Below, in pieces: positions 49,730 through 62,670 of a stretch of 64,000 nt of DNA (the first letter of the stretch is position 1; each line of letters starts with the position of its first letter). Where the stretch lies: the NCBI GenBank assembly GCA_002633005.1, contig NMRA01000162.1:551632-615631 (forward strand), in the 5' to 3' direction. This DNA is from Phoronis australis. Its lineage: Eukaryota > Animalia > Phoronida. The translations under genes and the position numbers were made by a program. The notes under the pieces were generated by a model. That model made no database searches. It had not been told where the DNA came from and saw nothing but the letters and a program-made list of their open reading frames with translations.

Positions 49730-50210
49730 CCACTCAATCCCAGCTTTACGTCAACTTAGTAACTTTTCATTTGAAGGTGAGTTACGTAACAATTAATATT
49801 TTTTCTCAGAAATCTCACTGTGATTAGTCATACCATCGGAGAATTAGTTTCAGCTGTGTATGAGGTCTGAAACAAAAGTTAATATTTGATGGAATGGAAT
49901 ATTCTTTCATCGTTTGATTTTTGACAAGGACTTGTGTTCTAATGCTTACAACTAAGTTACCTATTTCAACTAGAAAAGTGGTTGCTTGGAAAGCATATGG
50001 GATCGGAGATGGAGTGGTTTTGGAGAGTCGTGCTTCTGATTGCAAACCAGTGGAACTAGTGATTGAGGAATGTCATGTCGAATCCTCATTGAGACCTTTC
50101 ACTAGTTTCTGCGATCGAAAGACGAAGGTATTCATGTATCCAAAAGATGGCTGTAACAACACTTTTGGCTTTCAAAACAAACTCAAGCAGCAAGTTAGCA
50201 TCGGCTAGCA
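49730..50210 (+). pseudogene. DNA-transposase remnant, tentatively Sola3-like
   Basis: SIPALRQLSNFSFEG|gtgag then VAWKAYGIGDG and a decayed C2H2-like YPKDGCNNTF. Family assignment is from recalled motif similarity only. Confidence 0.4.
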
Positions 50211-51943
50211 TGATAAACAGCCAACAGCGCTTGAAGTTAATCGCGGAGAGATAGTGGGTTGCCAAAGTCACAGGGATACAAGGTGAAGTTCATGATCTAA
50301 CAGCATAGTCGTTGAACTCAATTTGGCATCACAAATCCATAAGTTTGACATACAGGTATAACCTTTGTTGTGCATTTTAGTCACTGACTGTTCCAAGTTG
50401 ACTTAATGGTTAACATGGAAATGCGCTGTGTGATGTTCTATATTACAACCCAACAAAAAGTGAAGCTGTTGTGGAACATGCTACTCAAGAGCCTATGCAG
50501 TCATGGCTTGGACATTCGCACAAATTTAGGCTGGATTGTTTGACGGGGATTAATGTATCAATCAGACCACTCAAACAGCACAACTCTCTCACTTATGATC
50601 ACAGCATTTGGAATATCTAAGCTCATTTTGTGAATTCACAAAACATGGCTACCCATCCAAAAAGCATGGCTCCTGGTGTTGCATCCAGCTTTGTTACCTT
50701 TAAACACTCCTCACACACTCTTCCCTGAGTCTTGCACATGATTCTAAGTCACGTGGGTTTTTAAACTGATTATTGGTTGCAAAAGCTGTGTTTGATTTGT
50801 ATGAAGAGGGATTATTTTATAATTAGGTGTGTGAGTGGTGTTCACGAGTGTTTGACAATTGTTCTTCTGGTAGCCTGCCAGTGGTCTAGGTAAAATATAC
50901 TATCTTATTGAGTTTTACATTTGCAGGTGTAAAAATGCAGGCAGCTACTACCCAAACAGCAGGAGAATCATACAGCACAATGGGATGGGTTCTGAAGTCA
51001 GCATAAAGGTCTGAAATAATGACTGAAAGCGTAAAGATGTTTTTGACTGATGCGTTCAACGAAGGCATGAAAACTGGTCAAAAAGCGATCCAATGAGGTG
51101 TTCTCAACAAAGTCAACAATCATAGAAGTGCTGTTTGAATATCTTGAGCAGTATCCATGTAGATCGTAATCATCATTGTTACTGTATTCTTGTTGTGCAC
51201 TTTATGGTGTGTCTATTGCTATGAAGTAATGTTGCTAGTGAGTTTGATTCCTTGATATTTTCTGTGAAATTACTTCTTACGTCAAGTGTCCCTTTAACTG
51301 TCATTTCCAGGTTATTTGTATACATTAATATACAGTACAAGCCAAACGTATCCTGACAAAATAACCCGTAATTCCTTGCCATGACAGCTGGGACAAAAGT
51401 AGAATTCGTGGTCAAAGTTAAGGGAAACTGGAAAGTCAGTATGGTGGCTAAGACATTCTGTAATTAGTTGGGTAATAGTTATTACCAGTCATTTTTGCCT
51501 TAACAGGACTAAACATCAAGTGGGGCAGAGATTTATAGTGTCTGATTGCTTTTGCCTTGTTCTGTATGACAGTTTGCAAGCATGCGTGTGTAGGCCCATT
51601 ATGCTGTCATCCTGGTCTTTTTGTCTGGCATCTGCAGCTGCATCTCCAAATCCTTGGTGAATTTGAAATTTTACAAATGAGATGACACAAGAGCGTTTTG
51701 GGATGTATTTGACTACCACTGGGCCCCTATAGGCAACTTTACTTCTTCATGTTAGTCTCTTTAACTAGCAAGTGTCTTGACTGATTTTCATCAAATTTCG
51801 CAAATTATTTTCAGTTATGGAGACAGCCACGTTTTCCTAATTCTTGGCGTACCTAAATGTAATCTGTACAGAAACGTTGCCATTGAGATGAGCACGACTG
51901 ACACTGATTGTTGATTGGACGATATCCTATGGTGCCCTTTAAT

Positions 51944-52108
51944 GGCAGTGCTGTAGGGGTAAAATTAAAGGTACTGTAAGTAGGCGCCCAAAGCCCACCG
52001 CATCACCTTGAGCACTGAACGTAACTTATGGTGCGTAGGCACTACGTTCAAATGCCAAAAGGTGGTTTGTTGCGCCTACCTGTGCCTAAGCGCCATTACA
52101 GCACTGCC
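51944..52108. mobile_element. Palindromic MITE
   Basis: TIR GGCAGTGCTGTA / TACAGCACTGCC, TAAT on both flanks, internal inverted symmetry. Confidence 0.7.
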
Positions 52109-53249
52109 TAATGGCAATTTAGGTTTCCTTTATGTATGCCTCTATATCTACCAAGTTTCTTGATGTATTTTCGTGCAATATGGTATACTTGTCTTCTTTT
52201 GAGGAGACGAGAACAATCTGCTATTTTCGGCTGGATTTAAAATATTCTGTGCCAATAAAGATTATTAGTTCTGGCAGCAGCCTCTCTGTCCTTGAAATTG
52301 CTTGGAGGATAGCTCTGAAATTTTGCTCACGTGTTCCTATTGAGATGATCACGACTGACATGTTTTCTGATGGATGCAATCACCGAGACGCCCGGAGTGG
52401 CAATTTGTTTGTTTATCTGCACCGCAATACTTACAAAGTTCTGCTGATGAATCTGGGTGCAATATTATGTATGTGTTACATTATTGAGGAGAGTATGCTT
52501 GGCATAAATTCTAGGACATATCTGAGTGCTGTGGCGACTCTAGGGATTCTGTATCAACCAAGTATCTTGATGTATGGAATATGGCAAGAATGTGACAGCG
52601 ATTGTCTTGTTTCAGACGAATATACATGTAATGTATGCTGCATCACCTAGAGGTTTTTTATTTTACATGTATATATTACATATCATTAACATCCCTGGAA
52701 GCATACCGCCAGAGCACTATCCGTTTTTCCTGTTTTTGTATGGTGTTGACAAAAATGCAGTGTGATGTAGACTATGGTTTCATTTTTACTTCTTTTGATC
52801 AAAGATCTCGATACCCAAAACTTAACGTTCACAACTAGCTTTAACACCCACACATAATACACATATGCACTATAATCAATTTACAGGTGGGAAACTAAAG
52901 TGTTCTATCCATAACTCGATGTCAACCATGACCAAAGGCTGCGTTGTATAAATTTCCTGTGTAATAAATACTGCACTGATGTGTTTTTCTATGTGTTGCA
53001 AGTCAGAGTTTCCGTGAGTATTAGACAATAAAACACTTAAGTTCACCGATACCTTACGTAAAATAGTTTGACATTTTAGTAGTCTGCCTGTATTTTAAAT
53101 TCATAGCACCACTGCAATTGACCCTTTTGAAATTCTTGATCTCTCCCAGTGGTTTACCTCTGATGACCAGATTAACCACTGACATTCCTAGACCTATGTA
53201 GTATTTTTATGTATATCTCGAATTCATATTGTGTTAGGGATGTTCTATA

Positions 53250-54660
53250 ATCGTCACTCGGGTTCCCTTTTCTTTAAAAATGAAGTAAATTTTCTTCATT
53301 GCACAGTAGACCAGACGACAGAAAAGGAGTCGTAGTGCGCAGCGCCACTGCCGGTCGCCTGGGTTATCGCGGGAGAGTCTATACTTAGCCATAGTTCCTT
53401 TACGATTGCGCCGTGTTCCGAATTTGACACTTGAAATTGGATCTGAGCCCACCCACCATAACACTAAAACTGCGCATATTTAAATCTTGTTTCTTCCGTA
53501 TAATTTTAATTACCGGGGTTAATTAATAAACTCAACATTTCCCTACGCTCCTGCTGTTTTATTTTTTCGGCAGCCAAGGGAGGGGGTGCCGGGACCCCTG
53601 GGCGCCCCCTAAATCCGCCTATGAGTACGTCCCTCATTCCTTGTGCTTCAGTCGTCAGTATGTGTTTCAGTCGGAAGAGGCGCGCCTTCAAGAGGACATT
53701 GCAAGGTGCAAACCAATCTGAACAACAATAAGGTAGTATAGATTCCTGTTTATAGTTATAATAGCTATATTCGTAACCTTTACATGTATTGTACCTGTGG
53801 CGGATCTAGGATATCACATGGGGGGGCAACATTTTGTCCGGCTGCCAGCATTTGCCCAAAGTGAACCACAATTGTAGATGCGCATAGCACCGTATGGGGG
53901 GAGGTCGGGAGGGGGGTTTGCGCGCGTGGATTACCACTACACCACCACGAATTAACTAATCACACACTAAGAGACCTACTTTTTTGCTATCAATTCTTAA
54001 CAAATTTGTCGTATTTAAATTAGTCTTCAAATGCCCAAAGTACCAAATTCGTTTTTCGTGTTGGCAATAATGACGGGATTGCTTTGGAGATCGTCCTAAG
54101 ATAAGGTTTGACAAAGAGAGTATTGCGAGTTTCTGAGTGATTCACTAAGGCTTCGATTAAAATTCACATCTTACCAGCAGCTTCTGTTTTTTTCATCGTC
54201 ACTCAGGTTCCATTTTCTTTAAAAAATGAAGTAAATTGTCTTCATTGCACAGTAGAGCAGACGACGGAAAAGGATTCGTTGTGAGCAGCGCCACTGCCGG
54301 TCGCCTGGGATATCGCGGGAGAGCCTATACTTAGCCATAGTTCCGTTATGAATGCGCCGTGTTCAGAATTTGACACTTGAAATTGGACTTGAGCCCCCCC
54401 CCAACACTAAAACTGCACACATTTAAATCTTTTTTCATCCGTATCATTTTAATTACCGGGGTTAATTAATAAACTCAAAATTTCCCTACGCTCTTACTGT
54501 TTTATTTTTTGCGGCAGCCAAGGGGGGGGGCCGGGCCCCNNNNNNNNNNNNNNNNNNNNNNNNNNNNNNNNNNNNNNNNNNNNNNNNNNNNNNNNNNNNN
54601 NNNNNNNNNNNNNNNNNNNGCCCCCTGGGCCGCCCTCCTAAATCCGCCTATGTGTACGTC
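53250..54660. repeat. Two ~380-bp direct repeats (53250-53631, 54195-54660) ending in a hAT-like terminus CCTAAATCCGCCTATG
   Basis: Visible alignment, diverged; candidate left terminus CTGTGGCGGATCTAGG at 53795. Confidence 0.8.
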
Positions 54661-55232
54661 GCTATACAAAGTTATTTACGTAGTTAGTGCCGTGGTGTTA
54701 TAACGCCATTGTTGTAACGACAGATAGAAACGGCGCCATTTTCGTTCGTTACACATCTGTGACGTGGTGTAGGGAACACAAAGGAATCCATGTGTGTCCA
54801 AATGAGTAAAGCATCATAGATGAGAAATACTTTTAAAGATACAAGGGCGGCCAGGTAGACTTTTCAGATGATCCCGACCTTTCGGACATGGAAGTGGGGG
54901 TGCGGATCCCATAGGCACAATTTGTGTTCACAAATTTTCAGTAGTGGAGCCGTTCTCCCTCGATCTCTTTTACGGCACTTGCTCAGGTTGTCGAAGGCTC
55001 AATCCCAGCCGGTTCGGCCAGTGAACCCCCACGGCCATAAGATGCGCATGAGTCGCGAATGGGTGTTAGTGACTGGTAAGAATATTATTGATAGGTATCT
55101 TACAACCGCTAAATATTACTTGGTCTTTTTTAAATCAAAACTCAGAACTTGCTTTACCTGTCAGTCCCACAGGCGTCCTCATCTTCTGATCGTCCCCAAT
55201 ACCCTATATACAATACTACAAGGTATGACACC

Positions 55233-55456
55233 CGGGACAAGGAATTCCACGAGTGCTTCACTTCAGCTGTCCATATCAAACACAAAACTCGATTAATTTA
55301 CACAAAGCAGAGAGTCAACTAACCATTAGTGATTGTTCTTTCTTCGGGACAAGGAATTCCACGAGTGCTTCACTTCAGCTGTCCATATCAAACACAAAAC
55401 TCGATTAATTTACACAAAGCAGAGAGTCAACTAACCATTAGTGATTGTTCTTTCTT
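55233..55456. repeat. Perfect 112-bp tandem duplication
   Basis: 55233-55344 equals 55345-55456. Confidence 0.95.
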
Positions 55457-56691
55457 CTAGGACCACACACGGTGCACTGCTCCAGCGAGATCGCAACAAG
55501 TTTGCGGTCAACGAACAAAACTGTTCCGAAAAATCCCAGACATCAGTCCTGCGTTGACGGTTCGAGGTCAAGGACGGTACGGAATTATCAACCTTATGAC
55601 TATGACATAAAAACCTATGTTTTGAATCTGGGCCATTGTCTGAGGTCGAGACTGAATCTCCTGTCCTGTTCTTATGCAGTAGAACTCTCTAAATTGGTAA
55701 TGCTTCATTTGGAATTTTAGAAAAGGTTTAAATTAATTCCGCAATAACGCCTCCAGATAAATCAGACTTTGATGAAATATATCAGTGTCACCGGAACCAC
55801 CTTAGCCAGTTCTACTGTAATTCAATGAGATATCAATTAGAACGTCACAGAAACCACTGAATCTCAATCCAAAAGCTCCAACATGCAATAGCTTTAGGTG
55901 TCTATGACTTGGCATAAAACACAAAAAGTATTCACATGTATAGGATGTGGGAAATCGTGAAATAGTGTTTGTATCACTCACTCAAAAATTCTCGAGAAAA
56001 ATGTTTTTGAATTTTGTGGACATTTTAGGACGTTTCCAGAGTGCATTGTAATTCCCGTCTATCCCCATTCCTAGGTAATTGATTATTGGCTAATAGATGC
56101 TACCATTATAATCTAACCAATCAGAGTACTGTTTTGATGGTTTTTTGCTTGTGAAGTCATTTACAGCACTCGTTTCGCATATTGGTTTTCAACATGTTGT
56201 GATGCTGTTTAGATTGAGGATTTGCTGGGTAACGCGCAAAACTCCAGCAAGTACATGTAATTCAGTTAAGGTTTTACGTTTAGTCTATTAATGTAAGCCT
56301 GCTGGATATTGTACATGTGTGTATAGTGTTTAATTGTTGAACTGTAACGGCTGCTATGTTGTGGTTTCGTGATACGCGGGTTCAAGTCCCGTGTGCCAGC
56401 CGTATTAACTATTAGGTAACATTTTGAGAACATTGTTTGGTTCCGTTGACAAACTTTAATTATTGTTTGTAGATAACCGTCAATTCAAGAATAAATCGAT
56501 TAAACGAAGCTGACACGTTACACTATCGCCCACACTAATACTGAGGTACCTTTTTACCCCCACTTAAGAAAGTCTACTTATACCGATGCACCGTATGGGA
56601 CAGCAACAGTTTCGAGTGCCAATCAGATATACCTAAAAAGCTATGCCACAAAATTTATAGTCCTTGTATTGAAGAAACATTGAAATATTTC

Positions 56692-56834
56692 CAGGGGCGG
56701 ATCCAGGATTTTGAGTTAGGGGGCATGGCACAGTATTAGTCAGGATTTTGCCCGTCAGACATTAGCACCAACAAATTGTCCACGGTAATCTGAGATAATT
56801 TTAGGGGACATGGCCTCCTCTGAATCCGCCACTG
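56692..56834. mobile_element. Short hAT-like MITE
   Basis: CAGGGGCGGATCCAG ... CTGAATCCGCCACTG. Confidence 0.65.
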
Positions 56835-56976
56835 GTTCCAATATAAGAACATAGTATATCACCAGGTTTATCTCTACAAAACGGACAGAAAAATGCCACG
56901 CACAAACTCTTTTCACAATTTCTAGTACTGGTACTATAAATACTCTGACTTTGCTATCTGTACCCCTACCAGAATT

Positions 56977-57233
56977 TTATGTAGAACATTGGTAGTGACT
57001 GTCAGATATGTGACGGAAAGAAATTCCAGTGCTGCAAATTGACAAAGCAGTCAGTGTGAATTTATCTGGATAACGGATCCTCATCTGTGCCACGGCATCC
57101 TCCTTGGACACATCTGAAGCATCGGTATTCGGCATGGGAGGGGCATCAATTTTTAAGCGAATTTTAAGATCACCAGCTTCTCTGTTGTTCCGCAATAAGT
57201 GCAAGGTGTTCTACCCTACTTCATTTACACATT
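56977..57233 (-). pseudogene. Ectodomain exon remnant (discoidin-like N-terminal half), probably of paralogue D
   Basis: Phase-1 acceptor gtgcttttcag; ECVNEVG*NTL...PNTD...QMRIRYPDKFTLTALSI; in-frame TAG near the start. Confidence 0.4.
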
Positions 57234-57651
57234 CTGAAAAGCACAACAGCTGCAATTTAAAAGTAAAAAACATAAATCATGAGTAATCCATGATTAAAAT
57301 AAACACGACGATATCTAATTGCAAGTTTCGCCTAATTTTATAACCTTCTAACAAATGCCAAAACTAGATTTCAATCCCGTTTTTTGAAGCAGATTACATG
57401 TATTTTAACAATCACAATCTTGGAATTGAGTTACCATCCTGTTTTACTCTATTCATAGTCTGCAATGTTTTCAAAATACACGAACCTTTGGAAATCAGCT
57501 TTCCTTGTTGTGGCTTTTAGTTTTATCCATGTATGACTAAATGCTCCATGGAAAAACACTTGCGAAATATGTTGATAGTGAAAAAGATCGTTATTATTTA
57601 GGCACTGCAAAAGCGTCATGAATTTTTCGACATCGATATTATCAAGGTAAC

Positions 57652-57901
57652 TTACTCTTTTACAACACCAGCTTCAACCTTCATGACGAGTTTGTCGTCG
57701 AAGCAACCGTCCTCAAAATGGTCGGAGCATATTTGGGCACCGGCACATGGCTGACTCGACAGTCATTTTCAAAAGACGAGCAGTGCACACGAAAACGTGC
57801 CATTACGCGGCCAGATGCTTGTCTTTTGGGAATTTAATAGGGCTCACGCCTTCCACCTGGCTGGTGTCAGAACAGTTAGCGCACACACGACGATGCACCA
57901 T
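57652..57901 (-). pseudogene. THAP domain remnant (transposon-derived; not in the ORF track)
   Basis: MVHRRVCANCSDTSQVEGVSPIKFPKDKHLAA*W then a frameshift to QICSDHFEDGCF. Confidence 0.75.
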
Positions 57902-59291
57902 TGCTAAACACCCCAAGGTTGAACGGTCTTTATTCGTCGTGTACTGTTACACAATGGCGGTGAACTACATCGTGGGATATGATCTAGTTTGTGTAACCCA
58001 GCACCATGTCACGGTGTCAAAAGTCGACGTTTCGCGGATTTTATTTTAGTTTCGCTTTTTGAAAATAACTAAAGATACAATTTTACGATAATTTGAATAA
58101 AAAAGCTAAACATACTACAGTACTTAATTAATTATGCGAGTAAGTACTTGGGAGCAGATCGCTTGTCCAATAGTGAACTAATCTCCAGTTTCACTGGTAC
58201 AAAGGTCTACTAATCATGCGAATCTCAACCTTCTGATGAAGTTTTGTCGGCATTTTACGATACTCACAGATGCGTCAAATAAATGGCAGCGCTTGGTCTG
58301 TCGCACCTAGTTTGTCGGTCTAAAAACATTTGGTTGGGGGTCGTTGCCACCAAACAATCATATTTATGCCGGTGCATTGAATCACGTGCAGCCAAAGGCA
58401 CTTAATGGCTGAAAAGCAGTTTTCGACATCTTGCCTCTCCTTTTCCGAAATAAAATTGGTGAGATTTTGCTTAAAAATGCCTCGAAATGAGATTCTTGGC
58501 GAGCGGCAAAATTATGTCCGGACGTCACCGATCGTGTTTCATGTTTTTGAAATTTTATTAAACCATCATTCGCGATCAACAATGAGTTAATTAGATTTAT
58601 TTTATTTCACGGTGAAAGCGTGTGATAGTGTTTGCCAAAAAAGTGGGATGTCAATCTTGTGCAAACGTAACAACATTAATGAAAACGCAAGGATAATGCT
58701 TTTAGCGTACATTCAGTGACGGATGGAGGAATTGTGTTAGGACAAAGGCCCGTGGAAGCAATGAGTTTTAGGAGTATTTTTGGGCCATTGAGCATTCTTT
58801 GAAGCCCGATTTTGCCAAGCCCAAGAAACCTAAACAAGGTGCATAAGTTCCCGGCAGGTCGATGTTGACGGTAGGTAGGCTTGCGCATAAAAAGGTCGCA
58901 GAAACGAAGTACAGCACAGCCATTGAATTATTAGCCTTCGTCCGGTCTGCCTCTGGTCTGACTAGGCGTGACCGTAACCAAGGACAGACCGGAGAGTGAG
59001 GCTTGAGTCGACCTTCACAACTAGCGTGTGCGCAAGCGTGATTGTGCCCGGAGCTTACCGCGAGTCAGGCGTGAACGAAGCACGAAGGGCTGTTAGCCAG
59101 GCGTGATTCAGATACCCTTAGGCGGCGAGAAAGATAATACATTTATGTAACTAGGAAAGTGTAATGCAAATGGACAGGCATAACGAAATAACCACTACAA
59201 AATATGTATCTACCCCGACATCTTAAAATACGACAAATTATCACTTAACGTTCCCCAGGCTTGGTAAATCGATGCGAACTTTTTGCTCAAG

Positions 59292-59941
59292 TCACCTTGC
59301 TGACCGAGTCCTTTTAGTTTTAACTCTTCTCTTTGGCCAAGTATTCCCCGTATCTGTCGAACTCTTCATTATTGTGATTTGTTTGCAACCTTTCATTGTT
59401 TTCATTCTCGATTTCGAGTACGACTCTTTCGTTGCAGAATCTTTCTTTTTCACCTCACAGGCCCCAGACCCAAAACTGTTTTTTGATGACCGCTGATCTT
59501 CATCTTTTTTTACTGATGATCGTGGCGTTTTGACTTCGGAGTCTGGTGAACATTTCAAATGACCATGTGAAGCAGACTCTATCAGTTCATCAATATTGAC
59601 AGGCACGTTGCTGCCTGGTGTCTGGGACCTATCAGATTTCTTGTTAATTGGCGGCTCCTCGTAAATGTTGCCTTCTGTTTTCAGAGACATTTTCACTAGT
59701 AGCTCAATACTGTCCATCAGCACCATTTCTTGTCCATCGTCTTTTTTGAAGCAATATGTTGGACTGGGTTCGTTCGATTGCTTTAGAAAACTTTCTGCAA
59801 TGTAACACGGACTCGGTTGTTTGTAAGGGGTCTTGATGGAGTTTGAACGCCTTCTGATCTTGAAGAAAACGATCAGAACTCCGGTAAAGATGACCAGGAA
59901 AAGACCTCCGCCAAAGGATGGCACTATGATCACCGCAACAT
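59292..59941 (-). CDS. Terminal exon of a single-pass membrane receptor (TM + ~190-aa cytoplasmic tail), paralogue C
   Basis: Phase-1 acceptor ttttttgttttag; GGGLFLVIFTGVLIVFF + KIRRRS; uninterrupted ORF sharing QPSxCYIxE, SPT and VLxDSIExLVxMSLKTExNIYE with 45437-46035. Confidence 0.75.
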
Positions 59942-60164
59942 CTAAAACAAAAAACATGACTAATGTGTTCTAGGGATATTGGTTAACTCCCGTTAATTAA
60001 GAATACTTACGTAACACGCGATATTGGTTTTGACTTTGCCAAACGTGAATTTGAAAAATTGTGCTGTAACTAGCTCAGTCTCGCTTTCTGACAAGTTTCT
60101 TGGACCAAACTAACGTGTCAGTGTTTCTCGTAACAAAAACATACGACAAACGTAGTACACTTAA

Positions 60165-60778
60165 AGGAGCATGCCACCCAAAAAACAACCTAGTTTGTAT
60201 CAATGAATTTAGATCGAGTAGTTCTAGTCCCTAACGACACGTATGGTTGCGTTACCTGACACCTGACGGCAGACGGAGGTGTTGAAATTATCCAATGACG
60301 TCATCGGTTTCAACGCAGTCTGTTCAGCAGTTCACAACACGGGTTACTAGTGTCAGCTTATCGCTTGAAGACATTGTTTAACACCAATAAATCATCAAAC
60401 TCCGAGTTCTTATAAAAACGTGTTGTTTTATTTCGCTTTTACGGATATATTGGTATTTGGACACACCGTAGCCTACAAAGTTCGGCAGGCCAATAAGGTC
60501 CCGTAGTAGGAGTTTGGGGTCTGTTCGGAGATAATTTCGAAGTACATTCTGTGAGATACAGACAAGAAGACCTAGATCCCAGTTGTTTAGACTTGCGATT
60601 TTTTGAGTTCTTAACACAAAACGCTTGTTATCCTGGCCAGTGGCTCGGAGCCCGATCAGGCCCGTCGCGGCCGGCCGGATTGACTCATTATCCCGGCCTG
60701 TAGCTTGGAAACTGATCAGACATCACGAACATGAACCAGCCAAAGTTCAGTGGAAACTAAACTTCCGTCTAAAAAAGT
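60165..60778. mobile_element. Truncated second copy of the Kolobok family at 4310
   Basis: TTAA|AGGAGCATGCCACCC start; colinear with 4310-4910, e.g. identical gcgttacctgacacctgacggcagacggaggtgttgaaattatccaatgacgt. Confidence 0.85.
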
Positions 60779-62670
60779 ACAGCACACATCACGAATTTTT
60801 GTCCGACCGGTCGGAAATTGGTCGGCGACCAGCCGTCGACCGGTCGTCTAGCCGACCAATAGCCGACCAACAACGGTCGGCTAGGAGCCGTCTGCTCAGT
60901 CGCCTCTGTGGTCGGCAATTGGGTCCGCTAAGTGGTCGCCTAGCGTAGACGACCAATTCGGATTAAGTATGTCCTTGGTCGGCAATTATCATTTTATGAC
61001 TTAGCGGGTGAACTTTGGACAAACAAACATTTATCTGTTCGCTGTTCGTTTACCAGTGGCAACTCCGGTCTTGACATCGGTTTATCAACTTTTGTTCAAC
61101 TATTGAAAGGAGGTAAAATCGAATCAACCTACAAATACGAAGTGCGTGACATTACACCAGCCTAAAACCTCATGTTGAATTAATGACAGCGTGGTAAAAT
61201 CAAACGTTAAGTGATATCGCGGAAGCATAATTTCTAACTTTAGATATGAGACTTTTTATACAATATATTATGCATAAAAACAAGCACGGAATTTGAAATT
61301 TACAGTAAAATCGCATAGAAAACAGAATACAACACTGGATATTTTACGACCTCAAGTGTTTTCATCCCGCGGAATACTCAACAAGCAGCACGCATTTGCG
61401 CTCATCCGTTATTGCTCTAGATCATCACGCTGTATATTGCACTTTACCACAGATAATAATTGTTCATTTCTGTATAATTTGTTAATATCTTGGTATAGCA
61501 ATAGAACCCAAGTTTATTTTAGGAACAACGTAAACAATGGTTTGAACATAGCGCCGATATTTATCATGGGCGCATGAAAACGGAAGACTGTGATCGGTTT
61601 ATAGTGTCGTCCATCGTCCATCATCATTCTGATATTGTCACTATCGCAGCAAAAAATCCTTTCGAAGCTAGAGCTTTCCTATCTAGCCAGCTAGCTGTGT
61701 GAAGACTATTTTCAAAATACAGCAAGGTGCCACTGCGTATTGAGCTCAAACAGACCTCGAAAATTCACAGAGCCCGGATAGTTACGCTGGTCACTTCGTC
61801 GAAAAGCTTGTATCAACATGAGCTGAAGACCGGCAGGTGTGCATGCAAACTTGGAAGTCAATTGGCATTCAGTTGCCGGTTACGGCCGTTTAAGCGATAA
61901 TCATCCGACGTCATCTTCTTGCGTAATTCTCTGCCTTTTGTAACGAAAAAACGTATGTCGTCGTTTTGAAAGAGTTTATTCGTGACACGCGCCACTTTCA
62001 AAATGTTTTCGACATCTCCCATTAGATGGGGACAACATTTCAGCAAAATTTGTTCTAAAATTCAGTTCACTGATATCAAAATTCCACAAACATATAATAA
62101 AGTGAAACCAACTCTGATCATTTGTCGTGACGTTTACGCAACCTCGAGAGAGAACGTTTGATTGAAGAATTTGGGGAAAAGAAACTGGCTAATAGGTGAC
62201 GCAATATTTCATTGCGTCGAAAGTCGACGAAAAAGCTCACACTATAATTTTAGCAGCAGAATAATTGCAAAAAGCTAATTTTTGCAACGCTGGTAAATAA
62301 TTTATATTACTCTAGGAAGACTTCATTCGGTCAGTTTTTGCCCACAACGGCACAAATTTGTATATTTAATTTAGTAATCAGCTTCGCACCAAGGTTAGAG
62401 CCTTCCGCGTCCTTTGGCGTAAGAACACAATACTTGACGTTTCGCGTATACTCCAAGGAATAAAACTTTGAAAAAATTATCTTCGGGGTAACCTGGCACA
62501 TGTAATCCTAAAAAAGTAGTCTGTGTTTTCACGTAGAGCGTAAAAATTACTTACCCAGTGATTCAAAAAGAACACCTTCGTAAACGAAAACGCACATAAT
62601 TTTCAGCTCTATTACACTGGTTGAAAACAACTTCTATAAGTCTATTGCATCGGATTCTAGTGATCACCAG

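Noticed and set aside
52132-52650. 172-aa ORF as a real gene
   Set aside because: No recognisable motif, splice context or paralogue; probably decayed TE sequence or a chance ORF.
56345-56405. tRNA gene (B-box GGTTCAAGTCC)
   Set aside because: No complete cloverleaf or A-box; at most a SINE head fragment.
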